Source of the DNA: an uncultured Phycisphaeraceae bacterium
GTDB taxonomy: Bacteria; Planctomycetota; Phycisphaerae; Phycisphaerales; UBA1924
Direction: 5' to 3'
Length of the DNA stretch: 64,000 bases
Assembly: GCA_964450325.1 (NCBI GenBank)
Contig: CAYVFW010000001.1
Coordinates: 12,454 to 76,453 of the forward strand
Shown one piece after another: positions 1 through 10,034 of this stretch (the stretch's first letter is position 1; every line of letters begins with the position of its first letter). The position numbers and the translations under genes were made by a program. The notes under the pieces are model-generated. The model had not been told where the DNA came from. It saw only the letters and a program-made list of their open reading frames with translations, and did no database searches.

Positions 1-35
1 CGTTAACTGAGCGAGCCGATGGTGCCGATGGTGCC

Positions 36-1262
36 ATGACAAATGGTAGCGGCGCCCAGCCAGTAACTGCGGGAAGCGTGTTGGGGGTTCTACCATATGG
101 CATGAGCGCAATGGCCACGGCGTCAGCAACCAATCTCAACACGCACACGACCGCTTACAGCGGGCGCATCTATAACTTCTCGGCCGGGCCGGGGGTTTTA
201 CCTGAAGATGTGCTGTTACAGGCTCAGCACGATTTGCTTAACATCGGGGGCACGGGGATGGGCATCGTTGAGCACAGCCATCGGGCGAAGTGCTTTGATC
301 GCGTACTGAGTGAAGCGGTGGAAGACTGCCGCGCTATCGGTAACATTCCTGCCTCGTACGAGGTGATCTTCACCACCGGCGGAGCGACTTCACAGAACTT
401 TATGGTTCCCGCCAACCTTCTGGCCCAGCACGAGACAGCCGATTATATTACAACTGGTTACTGGGCGGAAAAATCCTACGAGCAGGCACAGCTCTACGGG
501 AATATCCACGAATCCTGGGACGGGCGGCCGTTGAAACATCGGTACATCCCATCGGATGATGAGATTAAGCCTTCGACCAACCCCACTTATGTTCATATTT
601 GCAGCAACAACACCATTTATGGAACGCAGTGGCGGAACGCGGATGGGTCGGTTCGTTTGCCGCGGATACCCGCGGGGGCATTCTTGGCGTGCGACATGTG
701 CAGTGATATCTACAGCCGCCCCATGGATATCTCGCAGTTTGGCGTTGTCTATGCTGGCGCACAGAAAAACGTGGGTATTGCCGGAGTTAGTTTGGTTCTC
801 ATCCGCAAAGACTTACTTGCGAAGAATCCGCGCGAACTGCCACTTATATTGCAGTACCGCGTGCTGGCAAAGGATGAGAGTCGCCACAATACACCGCCCG
901 TCTTCCCGATATACATGAGCGGCTTGGTCTTTAAGTGGATCATCAAGCAGGGCGGCTTGGCCGCGCTCCACAAACGAAATATAGAGAAGGCGAAGCTGAT
1001 ATATGATGTGCTTGATAGCTCAACTTTTTACACCGGCCACGCCCGAGTAGATAGCCGCAGCCTGATGAACATAACGTTCAAGTCCCCTACTACCGCTCTC
1101 GATGATCTATTCATCGCCGGGGCGCTGAGGGCTGGAATGGATAACCTGCGGGGGCACCGGGCCACGGGCGGAGTGCGGGCCAGCGCGTATAACGCGATGC
1201 CGCGGGAAGGTTGCAAGGTGCTCGCCGATTACATGCGGGAGTTTGAGCGTACCCATGGCTGA
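36..1262 (+). CDS. serC: phosphoserine aminotransferase
   Basis: 408-aa ORF with the SerC N-terminal signature IYNFSAGPGVLPEDVL and aminotransferase-like length. The first ~40 aa look non-conserved, so the true start may be an internal ATG at 102 or 111. Confidence 0.88.
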   Translation: MTNGSGAQPVTAGSVLGVLPYGMSAMATASATNLNTHTTAYSGRIYNFSAGPGVLPEDVLLQAQHDLLNIGGTGMGIVEHSHRAKCFDRVLSEAVEDCRAIGNIPASYEVIFTTGGATSQNFMVPANLLAQHETADYITTGYWAEKSYEQAQLYGNIHESWDGRPLKHRYIPSDDEIKPSTNPTYVHICSNNTIYGTQWRNADGSVRLPRIPAGAFLACDMCSDIYSRPMDISQFGVVYAGAQKNVGIAGVSLVLIRKDLLAKNPRELPLILQYRVLAKDESRHNTPPVFPIYMSGLVFKWIIKQGGLAALHKRNIEKAKLIYDVLDSSTFYTGHARVDSRSLMNITFKSPTTALDDLFIAGALRAGMDNLRGHRATGGVRASAYNAMPREGCKVLADYMREFERTHG

Positions 1263-1352
1263 ACGCGCGATGCAATCAGAACGAATGTTCTGCGCTACCG
1301 GCTTCCATCCGTGTGATTCAGAGGTCCTCGGCCGCAGGCGGAGCGTCGCGCC

Positions 1353-3635
1353 ATGAAAGCTCCGCAAGCCCGCATCCGCGCGTTGCGCCGACTTTTGCAT
1401 GCTGCGAATACCGCATATTACGTCGATGCCAAACCGGTGATGTCTGATCGCGAGTTTGACGACCTGCTGCTTGAGTTGGGCCAGCTTGAGAGCGAGCACC
1501 CAGGACTGGCCGATAGCAACAGCCCAACCGTGCGCGTCGGCGGTGGGCTGATCGATGGGTTCGCGCCGGCGGAGCACGCGGAGCCGATGCTCTCGATTGA
1601 CAATACTTATAGCGAACAAGACGTGCGTCTGTGGCACGCGCGGGTTGCGAAAGCATTACATCCGCTCTCAGAGAATGCGCTCTTTGCCGCTGCAACTAAC
1701 AGTTCCACGGACGGGGACCTTCCGGTCTCCCTCGCATTGCCGCTGGTGTGCGAACCCAAGATCGACGGGCTTGCGCTTTCACTCACCTATGTCGATGGAA
1801 ACCTGGTCCGCGCCGTCACACGCGGCGATGGTGTAACCGGCGACGATGTAACCGCGGCGGCGCGGGTCATTCGCTCGATCCCGCTTTTACTCAACGAGAA
1901 CGAAACGTCGCGTGCGCCCGCGGGAACATTAGAAATTCGAGGCGAAGTTTTTTTTCCACTCAGTGAGTTTAATCGCGTAAATGCTAAACTTGAGGCACAT
2001 GGCGAGGAGACGCTAAAAAATCCGCGGAACGCCGCAGCGGGTACCTTGAAGAATCTCGATATGTCGCTCATTGCCTCGCGGCGGTTGGCGTTTATGGCAC
2101 ATGGCCGAGGGCGGATCAGCGATCCTGGCTTTGCGACCTCGCACAGCCAGTTTCTTGAAAAAATCCGTTGGTTGGGAGTGCCAACAAGCGGGCTCGCCAG
2201 ACGCGTCGAGTCAGTGGATGCGGCGCTGACGTTAATTCGCGGGTTCGCTCTGGAGCGGAGAGCCCTTGATTACGGCACAGACGGGATGGTCGTACGGGTT
2301 GATCGCTATGACCATCAGGTGATGCTCGGAACGACATCAAAGAGCCCGCGGTGGATTATCGCCTATAAGTATCCCGCCGAGCGTTGTACGACTCGACTCC
2401 TTGATGTGCTGCATCAGGTGGGAAAGACGGGGAAAATCACGCCGCGTGCGGTGATGCAACCGGTGCTGCTTGCGGGCACCACGGTTCAACACGCGACATT
2501 ACATAATTATGGGTTGATCCGCAGCGCTACAACGGAACAGGCAGACACAACAACTGATATCCGCATTGGCGATGAGGTGTGGGTGGAAAAGGCGGGGGAC
2601 ATAATTCCCCAGGTGGTGGGTGTGACCCTTGGGGCGAGGCTGGCCGAGGCCAGGCCGATTGTCGCGCCCAAGCGTTGTCCCAAGTGTGAAGGCCCCATCG
2701 AAATTGATCCGCCCGAGGCGCACGCTGATTCGTCTCTTGAAACAGTGCGGCGGTGCATCAATCCCGAATGCCCAGCCCAAATACGGGAGCGGCTCATCTG
2801 GTTCGCCGGACGTAAGCAAATGGATATTGCGGGCCTTGGCGAGAAGACGGTGGACCAGATTCGCGACTCGGGGATTCCGCTCAGAACGTTCGCGGATATC
2901 TTCCGACTTCACGAGCATCAAGAGGCGTTGCTGCAGATAGAACGGATGGGCGACAAGAAAGTTGATAATCTGCTGGCCGGAGTGACAGAAGCTAAGTCTC
3001 GGGGGCTGGCCCGGCTGCTTGGTGGAATGGGGATGAGGCATGTGGGCGATACTACCGGCAAGCTGCTCGCCCGCCAGTTTATTCATTATGATGAGCTCAT
3101 GGCCGCGGGCGAGCAGCAGTTGCGACCCAAATCATTGAGTAAGGACGAGGCGGTGGGCCTTGGATATGCAGAGGACCCCCAGCAACGTCCGGAAACAGGA
3201 CTTGGAAAAGAGACTGCACCGGCGGTTCATGCGTACCTTCACAGCGAAGTGGGCCGACGAACCTTTGCCGATCTGGCGGCGCTAGGTGTAGACTTAAGTT
3301 CGAGAGACTATCGGGGGGCGGGTAGGCAGGCTCTCAATGTAATTGGCGGCAACAATATGGGGGCTGGTGCTCGCGAGGGCAGCTCGGAGCGGAGCGAGGA
3401 AGCCGTTTTGCCGTTGGCCGGAAAGACAATGGTGCTCACCGGAACATTCGATAGTTATGACCGCGTGGAGCTGGCATCGCTGCTTGAGTCGCTGGGAGCT
3501 AGGGTTTCCGGGTCAATATCGAGGAAGACTTCAGTGGTGGTGGCGGGCAAGGAAGCGGGTTCAAAGCTGCAGAAAGCGCGGGAACTGGGAATTGAAATCT
3601 GGGATGAGGTCCGGCTTCAGAAGGAACTGGGTTAA
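1353..3635 (+). CDS. ligA: NAD-dependent DNA ligase
   Basis: 760-aa ORF with adenylation motif CEPKIDGLA (KxDG), Cys4 zinc finger CPKCEGP...CINPEC, HhH region, and C-terminal BRCT-like LAGKTMVLTGTF...VVAGKEAGSKL. Confidence 0.95.
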   Translation: MKAPQARIRALRRLLHAANTAYYVDAKPVMSDREFDDLLLELGQLESEHPGLADSNSPTVRVGGGLIDGFAPAEHAEPMLSIDNTYSEQDVRLWHARVAKALHPLSENALFAAATNSSTDGDLPVSLALPLVCEPKIDGLALSLTYVDGNLVRAVTRGDGVTGDDVTAAARVIRSIPLLLNENETSRAPAGTLEIRGEVFFPLSEFNRVNAKLEAHGEETLKNPRNAAAGTLKNLDMSLIASRRLAFMAHGRGRISDPGFATSHSQFLEKIRWLGVPTSGLARRVESVDAALTLIRGFALERRALDYGTDGMVVRVDRYDHQVMLGTTSKSPRWIIAYKYPAERCTTRLLDVLHQVGKTGKITPRAVMQPVLLAGTTVQHATLHNYGLIRSATTEQADTTTDIRIGDEVWVEKAGDIIPQVVGVTLGARLAEARPIVAPKRCPKCEGPIEIDPPEAHADSSLETVRRCINPECPAQIRERLIWFAGRKQMDIAGLGEKTVDQIRDSGIPLRTFADIFRLHEHQEALLQIERMGDKKVDNLLAGVTEAKSRGLARLLGGMGMRHVGDTTGKLLARQFIHYDELMAAGEQQLRPKSLSKDEAVGLGYAEDPQQRPETGLGKETAPAVHAYLHSEVGRRTFADLAALGVDLSSRDYRGAGRQALNVIGGNNMGAGAREGSSERSEEAVLPLAGKTMVLTGTFDSYDRVELASLLESLGARVSGSISRKTSVVVAGKEAGSKLQKARELGIEIWDEVRLQKELG

Positions 3636-3816
3636 GCAAGATAGCGAGGTCGGGATGGTTGAGAAAGTCATCGCGCTCTTCGCGGTCACGCTTACTCCTG
3701 AGAGATGAGCATCAGTAGAAAGGGTGAGCGGCAGAGGCGCGGGAACGAAGCGGGGTGGTGCACTCCTATACTTAGGCATGGCAGCAGTGGCACCAAATCG
3801 CGGCAATCATGGTTCG

Positions 3817-4212
3817 ATGGCGGTGACGTACGACATTTCCGTGCGAGCAGAGCCATGTTATGATGCTCAGCAATCGGTGCCTGAAGAGAGTAAGTTTCTC
3901 TTTCGCTATTCCATTACGATTGACAATGGGTCAAGGCACACCGTGCAACTGCTCACTCGCTCATGGCTTATCATCGATGGGGGCGGCGAAGAGCATCGTG
4001 TTGATGGCGATGGCGTGGTGGGACTGCAACCGATTTTGAAGGCGGGCGAAACTTTTGAGTATAGCAGTTTTTGCCCTCTCCGCAAACGCTGGGGAACAAT
4101 GGAGGGTTCATTTACGATGCGTCGCGAAGACGGCACGATGGCTGTAGTCCGGGTCGGACGTTTCTATCTCGTGCAGCCCGAATCGGTAGCGGCTGGCAAG
4201 GAGTTGGGTTGA
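3817..4212 (+). CDS. apaG: ApaG (DUF525) protein
   Basis: ApaG-like pattern QSVPEESKFLFRYSITIDNGSRHTVQLLTRSWLIIDGGGEEHRVDGDGVVGLQPILKAGETFEYSS. Start placed at ATG 3817; the ORF is open from 3724. Confidence 0.8.
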   Translation: MAVTYDISVRAEPCYDAQQSVPEESKFLFRYSITIDNGSRHTVQLLTRSWLIIDGGGEEHRVDGDGVVGLQPILKAGETFEYSSFCPLRKRWGTMEGSFTMRREDGTMAVVRVGRFYLVQPESVAAGKELG

Positions 4213-4409
4213 AAGTTCTCGTCAACGGTGAAGACCGCGAAGTAAAACGTGGGGAAACAGTTCGTTCGCTCATCGAGGCGATGGGGCTGGGGCAAGGAGC
4301 GTGCGCGGCGGAGATAAATAAAGTTCTAGTGCCCCGGCGCGAGCATGATGCGAAGTTACTTCAAGAAGGCGATCGCGTAGAGATCGTTTCGCTGGTGGGC
4401 GGGGGTTAA
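4209..4409 (+). CDS. thiS: sulfur carrier protein ThiS
   Basis: 66-aa product [12 protein letters not shown]...[11 protein letters not shown] ends in the ThiS/MoaD Gly-Gly. The TTG start at 4209 overlaps the apaG stop (TTGA). Lies directly upstream of thiG. Confidence 0.8.
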   Translation: MKVLVNGEDREVKRGETVRSLIEAMGLGQGACAAEINKVLVPRREHDAKLLQEGDRVEIVSLVGGG

Positions 4410-4501
4410 CGCCTACTCGCCGCTTCCGGCTGCGGCGTTTTGAGGGCCCGACTGAATGGACGAGATACTTCGCTCAAACTATACCTTTACGCAAATACAC
4501 T

Positions 4502-5341
4502 ATGCAACAGGCTCAGCCAGCTAACCACCCGCTTCAAGTCTCTGGAGTTTCGCTCAACAGCCGGCTCATCGTCGGAACGGGGAAATATAAGTCCTATGAG
4601 GTCATGCAGGAAGCATTGGAGAGCAGTGGTTGCGATGTAGTTACAGTCGCGGTACGGCGCGAGCGGCTGTACAATGAACAAGGCCGTAGCCTTCTTGAGT
4701 TTCTCGACCTGCAGCGTTATACCATTCTACCCAATACCGCCGGGTGCTTCACCGTTGAAGATGCTGTACGGGTCGCGCTGCTAGGGCGTGATATTCTCGA
4801 ACAGTTGAACCATCGCGGAGCTGGTTGGGTTAAGTTGGAAGTTCTCGGCGATAAGAAGACACTGCTCCCCGACCCGTGCGGAACGATTGAAGCGACCCGG
4901 CTTCTGGTAAAGGAGGGCTTTCAGGTGCTCGCTTACACCAGCGATGACCCCATCGCCGCGCTGCGGATCAAAGAAGCGGGTGCGGCGAGCGTCATGCCTG
5001 CGGCGAGCCCGATCGGAAGCGGCCAAGGTGTGCTCAATCGTAATAATATTGTGCTCTGCCTCGAACTGCTCAAGCAGGGCGACCCGACTTACCCGGTGAT
5101 TGTTGACGCGGGCGTGGGCGCCGCCAGCGATGTAGCTATCAGCATGGAGACTGGCGCTGATGCCGTGCTGCTCAACACAGCCATTGCCCACGCGGCAGAC
5201 CCGGTGCTCATGGCTCATGCGATGCGCTCAGCGTGCTTGGCCGGTCGGCAGTCATATCTGGCCGGTCGCATCCCCAAGCGGTTGTACGCGAACGCGAGCA
5301 GCCCTTGGGAGGGAGTTATCTCTTATATTCCCGGCGAATAA
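4502..5341 (+). CDS. thiG: thiazole synthase
   Basis: 279-aa ORF with ThiG-like N-terminus [36 protein letters not shown] and [13 protein letters not shown] segment. Follows thiS. Confidence 0.92.
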   Translation: MQQAQPANHPLQVSGVSLNSRLIVGTGKYKSYEVMQEALESSGCDVVTVAVRRERLYNEQGRSLLEFLDLQRYTILPNTAGCFTVEDAVRVALLGRDILEQLNHRGAGWVKLEVLGDKKTLLPDPCGTIEATRLLVKEGFQVLAYTSDDPIAALRIKEAGAASVMPAASPIGSGQGVLNRNNIVLCLELLKQGDPTYPVIVDAGVGAASDVAISMETGADAVLLNTAIAHAADPVLMAHAMRSACLAGRQSYLAGRIPKRLYANASSPWEGVISYIPGE

Positions 5342-5544
5342 ATTTAATTCAGGGGCAGCTCGCGCGGATGACTATGCTGCTTTAGGTTCCGGGGCATTGA
5401 GCCGGGGGGCTTTCACGGGGTGTCAACGCTGTCCGTGCGGGTTATCTCTACATGGGATACGGGCTGGCCGTCGATGCCATTTGGCTGATTCGCGCAGTTA
5501 GCTTTCAGTTGCACGCGTGAGTCGCAGTTGTCCCTCACTTTAGC

Positions 5545-6846
5545 TTATACTCTGACACTCTGGCGGAGCAGCGGCCCATCAATTTCAAGCAGTTTATAAC
5601 GTAACATTGCCATCGCGCACATCGCCGCCCACAGCCGGATGTTGTACCGATCGCCGCTGAACTCAAAGCACCTCGTATCTGCCGTCCGGTCGCTACTCGC
5701 CCGGCTTATCCAGACAGTGCCCACCGGTTTAGCTTTGCTTCCACCACCCGGCCCCGCGACGCCGGTGATCGAAAGGGCGTGGGTCGCGCCAAGTTTCTCT
5801 CGGCCGCACAGCGCCATATCGCCCGCGGTCTCTGCGCTGACTGCACCGGGCCCGCCGGGCGCAAAGCGTTCGAGTGAAATGTTTAACATGGCATGCTTTT
5901 GTTCATTGCTATAGACCACCAGTCCGCCCGCGTACACGGTCGATGCTCCGGGTACATCAGTAAGCATCGCCGCAAGCAGTCCGCCGGTACAACTCTCGAC
6001 CGTCGCGAGCGTTTGCGCGCGCTCCTGAAGCAGACGAACAATCGTCATCGCGAACGAACTATCATCAGTTCCAAAGTAATATTCGCCCGCGGCTTTCTGG
6101 CATGCCCGCTCGACACCGCTCAAGGCCCGGACGGCGTCATCGTCCATCGGTCCCTCATGCCGGATGCGGATTGAAACCACGCCCCCGCTCGCCGTCGTGC
6201 CCACCAGTGGACGATGATTACGTTCCATCAGCAGCCCCAAGCGCATCGCAAGATCGCTCTCTCCAATCCCGAAACAGTGGAGCGTCCGGATCTGCACCTG
6301 ATGGTTCGGGTCTGGACGCAACCTCGGCAGTACCTGCGCTTCAAACATCGGAATCATTTCACGCGGCGGTCCCGGCAGGCAGAACACCCCGACTTGCTCT
6401 TCGCCGCGGGTTATGCTGGCGTAAAGCCCCGGCGCCGTCCCTTGCAAGTTTGGAAGGCTCATCCCGCGACTGGGGCGAAGCGCCTGAGCATTGTTAATAT
6501 CTGCCATCACCCGCCCGCGCGATGTAAACCACGCCTGCACCTGAGACTGCGAAACTTCATCAATCACCAACTGATCATCGGTGGCGAGGGCGAGTGCCTC
6601 GCGGGTAAGATCGTCCGCCGTGGGGCCCAGCCCACCGGTACATACTATGACATCACAAGTGGCGGAAAGTTGTTTGAATGCTGCCCTCTGCGCGTCAAGC
6701 TCATCGGCAACCGTAAGGTGTATGCGAGCGGTGATTCCCACTTCAAGCAATCGCTGCGCCAACCATTTACTGTTTGTGTCGAGCGTCTGGCCAAGGGTTA
6801 ACTCATCGCCCACGGACATGATGGCGGCGGTCTTCTGAAACTTCAT
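5545..6846 (-). CDS. cinA: CinA-family competence/damage-inducible protein (MoCF-type domain plus PncC-like NMN amidohydrolase domain)
   Basis: N-terminal MSVGDELTLGQTLDTNSKWLAQ and VIVCTGGLGPTADDLT. C-terminal CinA/PncC pattern ATVESCTGGLLAAMLTDVPGAS...ALSITGVAGPGGG. Start placed at ATG 6846 (MKFQKTAAIM); the ORF is open to 6912. Confidence 0.85.
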   Translation of the reverse strand: MKFQKTAAIMSVGDELTLGQTLDTNSKWLAQRLLEVGITARIHLTVADELDAQRAAFKQLSATCDVIVCTGGLGPTADDLTREALALATDDQLVIDEVSQSQVQAWFTSRGRVMADINNAQALRPSRGMSLPNLQGTAPGLYASITRGEEQVGVFCLPGPPREMIPMFEAQVLPRLRPDPNHQVQIRTLHCFGIGESDLAMRLGLLMERNHRPLVGTTASGGVVSIRIRHEGPMDDDAVRALSGVERACQKAAGEYYFGTDDSSFAMTIVRLLQERAQTLATVESCTGGLLAAMLTDVPGASTVYAGGLVVYSNEQKHAMLNISLERFAPGGPGAVSAETAGDMALCGREKLGATHALSITGVAGPGGGSKAKPVGTVWISRASSDRTADTRCFEFSGDRYNIRLWAAMCAMAMLRYKLLEIDGPLLRQSVRV

Positions 6847-6911
6847 GGCCGATAGTAGCAAAAGCGTCCCGCCCCTCATCGCATGAAGCGGAGCGTGCCA
6901 ACACTTGTACA

Positions 6912-8090
6912 ATGGCCAGCGAGGATCTGCTACGAAACGACGGACGGGGCTTGTGGTGCGAACCGGGCGGTTTTCACGTCGATCCCTGGGATCCCGTGCG
7001 AGTGGCGGTCATAACTCATGCTCACGGGGACCATGCGCGGGGAGGGAGTGACCTTTATTATTGTGCGAATGAGGGTTTAGAACTGCTGCGTCGCCGGTTG
7101 CCCGCGGGCTCACAGGTGCGCGGGGTTGATTTTGGTGAGCCTTTTGAGCTAGGGTCTACCTGCTTAACATTACATCCCGCGGGGCACATCCGGGGCTCCT
7201 CCCAGGTTCGGGTTGAGACTGGGGCGTTGCACCAAGGCGGGGTTTGGGTCGTCTCCGGCGACTATAAACGCCAGCGAGATGCTACATGTACCCCCTTTGA
7301 GGTTGTGCCCTGCAATACTTTCATTACCGAAGCGACTTTCGGCCTCCCCATCTATCGTTGGGAAGAAACGCGGGTCGTCGCGCAGAGCATGGCGGATTGG
7401 TGGCAACGTAATAGGATCCGCGGATGGGATAGTATAATCTTTGCTTATTCTCTGGGCAAAGCGCAGCGGATTCTCAGCGAGTTATGGTCGCTTCGTTTGC
7501 ATCCCGACTATAACTGGATTGCTGGCGAAAAGGCTCTGTTACACGGGGCGATGCTCGGCCTCACCAGTGCTTATGTAGACGCGGGGGTTGAACTGATGCC
7601 GTTCGAGGGGATTCGGGAAGCACAGAACTCCACCAGCGGTGCGCGTCCAAAAAAGCTCGACCATGTGCCCCGCCTGGCGCTCGCACCACCGTCGGCCGCT
7701 GGCTCACCTTGGATGCGGCGGTTCGGGGCTGGTGGCGGCTTTGAGACCGGGTTCGCGAGCGGCTGGATGCGGGTGCGGGGTGTTCGTCGCAGAAGAGGTT
7801 ACGATCGAGGTTTTGTTATTTCTGACCATATCGACTGGCCGGATATGCTCAGCACGATCGCGCAGACTGGCGCAACTCGCGTGCTGGTAACCCATGGTTC
7901 AACCGAGACCGTAAGTCGCTACCTGTGCGAGCTTGGAATAGATGCTGCACCGCTCGAAACCCGCTACTCCGGTGAGGCGGGCGGCGAGGATACGGATGGA
8001 ACGACACAACCCTCGGGAGATTCTCCCACGTCATCGGAGTTACTCGACGCTACGGACCACCCCGCGCCCGACACGAGGGTCGATCTCTGA
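6912..8090 (+). CDS. ligase-associated DNA damage response exonuclease (MBL-fold / beta-CASP-like)
   Basis: Metallo-beta-lactamase motif VITHAHGDHARG near the N-terminus. Sits immediately upstream of, and overlaps, an ATP-dependent DNA ligase gene, the arrangement typical of this family. Has an acidic Ser/Thr/Asp C-terminal tail. Confidence 0.78.
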   Translation: MASEDLLRNDGRGLWCEPGGFHVDPWDPVRVAVITHAHGDHARGGSDLYYCANEGLELLRRRLPAGSQVRGVDFGEPFELGSTCLTLHPAGHIRGSSQVRVETGALHQGGVWVVSGDYKRQRDATCTPFEVVPCNTFITEATFGLPIYRWEETRVVAQSMADWWQRNRIRGWDSIIFAYSLGKAQRILSELWSLRLHPDYNWIAGEKALLHGAMLGLTSAYVDAGVELMPFEGIREAQNSTSGARPKKLDHVPRLALAPPSAAGSPWMRRFGAGGGFETGFASGWMRVRGVRRRRGYDRGFVISDHIDWPDMLSTIAQTGATRVLVTHGSTETVSRYLCELGIDAAPLETRYSGEAGGEDTDGTTQPSGDSPTSSELLDATDHPAPDTRVDL

Positions 8091-9892
8091 AACTCTTCAG
8101 CCAACTCTTCGAGCGGCTCGACTCAACAACGTCGACCAACGAGAAAATCGACGCGCTCGTTGATTACTTTCGCACCGCCGAGCCACTCGCCGCAGCGTGG
8201 GGCCTCTATTTTCTAACAGGACGTAAACTCAAGCGGCTGCTGAGCTCGCGTGCAATCCTGCGCTGGGTCGCCGAAGCTTATGCGATTCCTGCCTGGTTGG
8301 TGCGCGAATGTTATGGTATTGTCGGCGACGGTGCTGAGACCATCGCGTTACTGATCGACGGCGCGGGGAGCAATTTGCCTCGCACACCGATGCCACAGGC
8401 GCCCGCGTCGCTGCATGCGGCTATTGCTCGTACGCATGAGGCGAGCGAAAAGACTGAGGATGTTCCCTTGGACGAGTGGGTGAACAATCGTCTCTTGCCG
8501 CTGCGCGCTATGGAAGATGCAGATCGGCGGCGATTGCTCTTATATTGGCTGGGACCGATGCAGTTTACCCAACGTTACTTATTAATTAAGTTACTTTCGG
8601 GAGAACTGCGGGTAGGAGTGTCTCAAACCCTCGTCGCCAAGGCGCTCGCAAAGCTTGGAGGCCTACCCCAGGCCACGGTCGCGCACCGCTTGGCTGGCGA
8701 GTGGCAACCCGATGCCCTGCTGCTCCCGCGGATGCTCGCCGCGGCGGGTGGGAGAGATGCGGGGGATGCGGGAGATGAAGGGAATGCCGAGATTTCGCGG
8801 CCCTATCCGTTCTTTCTGGCGACGAGCATCGAGGAAGCGGTCGGAGCGGTTTCGGTGTCAACCCCTGATGGTCAGACCGTAGAAGGACCAGCTAGACTAA
8901 CGGTTAATCCGGGCTCCCTCGGCATAGCCCTTGGAGACATTCGCGACCATCAGTTGGAATGGAAGTGGGACGGAATCCGCTGCCAAGTAATCAAGCGCAG
9001 AGGCCAGATATTTATCTGGTCACGCGGCGACGAGTTGCTTACGGAGCGTTTCCCCGAAGTTGTACAGTCACTCAGCAGACTCCCGCCGTGCGTGCTTGAT
9101 GGTGAGCTATTATGTTGGAACGAGGGGCATCCCCTTCCGTTTTCCGCGTTGCAAACGCGGATCGGGCGCTCATCGCTGTCCCGCAACATCCTGCGCGCTG
9201 CGCCCGCGATCTTCATGGCTTATGACGCGGTGGAGCTCGATGGGAACGACCTCCGCGAGCAACCGCTTTCGGAGCGGCGCGGAGCCTTGGAACAAATCGT
9301 CGCTCGCAATGGCTCGCAGCGGTGCATGATATCCGAAGTGCTTGTCGCCGCGGACTGGCCTGCAGCCGCCGATTTGCGGGCCACCTCTCGCGCCCGCGGG
9401 ATTGAGGGGCTTATGATTAAACGTAAATCATCACCTTACCGGGCCGGGCGGGTTCGGGGTGACTGGTGGAAATGGAAGATCGATCCGCTTACGTTTGATG
9501 GCGTGCTGATGTACGCCGAGCCGGGCCACGGCCGTCGCGCCAACTTACTCACTGATTACACCTTTGGTGTCTGGGAGAATGAAACATTAGTTCCTGTAGC
9601 CCGCGCGTACTCGGGGCTGACCGACGAGGAGATCGGCTCACTGGACCGATGGATTCGGCGGCATACCACCGCTCGATTCGGGCCCGTCCGGCATGTGCAA
9701 CCGCTCCGTGTTTTTGAACTGGCTTTCGAGGGCATCGCGGAGTCCGACCGCCACCGTGGCGGAGTAGCGATGCGATTCCCGCGGATAGCCAGAGAGCGAA
9801 CGGACAAAGCCGCGCGAGACGCCGACACGCTTGAGAGATTGCGTGCGCTCCTCCCCAGCGAAACAGACACACAGGGCCGCCTCTTCGAATAA
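8087..9892 (+). CDS. ATP-dependent DNA ligase (exonuclease/Lhr-associated type)
   Basis: Motif I EWKWDGIRCQV (KxDG), a GLMIKRKSSPY motif, and an OB-fold-like C-terminus. The conserved-looking N-terminus KLFSQLFERLDSTTSTNEKIDALVDYF begins at 8087, so the ORF-track start at 8297 is probably too short. Start codon uncertain (CTG at 8087). Confidence 0.8.
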   Translation: MKLFSQLFERLDSTTSTNEKIDALVDYFRTAEPLAAAWGLYFLTGRKLKRLLSSRAILRWVAEAYAIPAWLVRECYGIVGDGAETIALLIDGAGSNLPRTPMPQAPASLHAAIARTHEASEKTEDVPLDEWVNNRLLPLRAMEDADRRRLLLYWLGPMQFTQRYLLIKLLSGELRVGVSQTLVAKALAKLGGLPQATVAHRLAGEWQPDALLLPRMLAAAGGRDAGDAGDEGNAEISRPYPFFLATSIEEAVGAVSVSTPDGQTVEGPARLTVNPGSLGIALGDIRDHQLEWKWDGIRCQVIKRRGQIFIWSRGDELLTERFPEVVQSLSRLPPCVLDGELLCWNEGHPLPFSALQTRIGRSSLSRNILRAAPAIFMAYDAVELDGNDLREQPLSERRGALEQIVARNGSQRCMISEVLVAADWPAAADLRATSRARGIEGLMIKRKSSPYRAGRVRGDWWKWKIDPLTFDGVLMYAEPGHGRRANLLTDYTFGVWENETLVPVARAYSGLTDEEIGSLDRWIRRHTTARFGPVRHVQPLRVFELAFEGIAESDRHRGGVAMRFPRIARERTDKAARDADTLERLRALLPSETDTQGRLFE

Positions 9893-10034
9893 AGGACGCT
9901 CAAGGGTGCTTGGCATTCAACGAAAGGGTCCAACGCGGCGGCCGTCAACCTGCTTCCTCAAGCATTCAGTCAGGACAAAATATAACACACCGATGTCGTG
10001 CCATCCGTAAGCAGCGACGCCCGAGAAAAGTACT

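Noticed and set aside
17-39. Tandem 9-nt duplication CGATGGTGC x2 forming a mini-ORF (MVPMVP) that overlaps the first ATG of the serC ORF
   Set aside because: It lies at the very edge of the window with no upstream context. The true serC start is probably further downstream (102 or 111), so a uORF interpretation cannot be supported.
2499-3086. 195-aa minus-strand ORF
   Set aside because: Antisense to ligA with no motifs. The same reasoning applies to 6214..6801 (antisense to cinA), 23809..24360 (antisense to recQ), 28494..29040 (antisense to yciH), 33884..34429 (antisense to GH94) and 36204..36701 (antisense to the dockerin protein).
6847-6911. Possible SOS/LexA-type operator in the 65-nt divergent cinA / exonuclease spacer
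   Set aside because: I looked for CTGT-N8-ACAG, GAAC-N4-GTTC and GTTC-N7-GTTC type boxes and found none. Only a short TGTACA palindrome is present next to the exonuclease ATG.
8040-8090. Programmed -1 frameshift fusing the exonuclease to the ligase
   Set aside because: The ligase frame is the -1 frame relative to the exonuclease and is open for at least 35 codons upstream of 8087. However, I see no X-XXY-YYZ slippery heptamer in the last ~50 nt of the exonuclease gene. A CTG start or reinitiation is more parsimonious.
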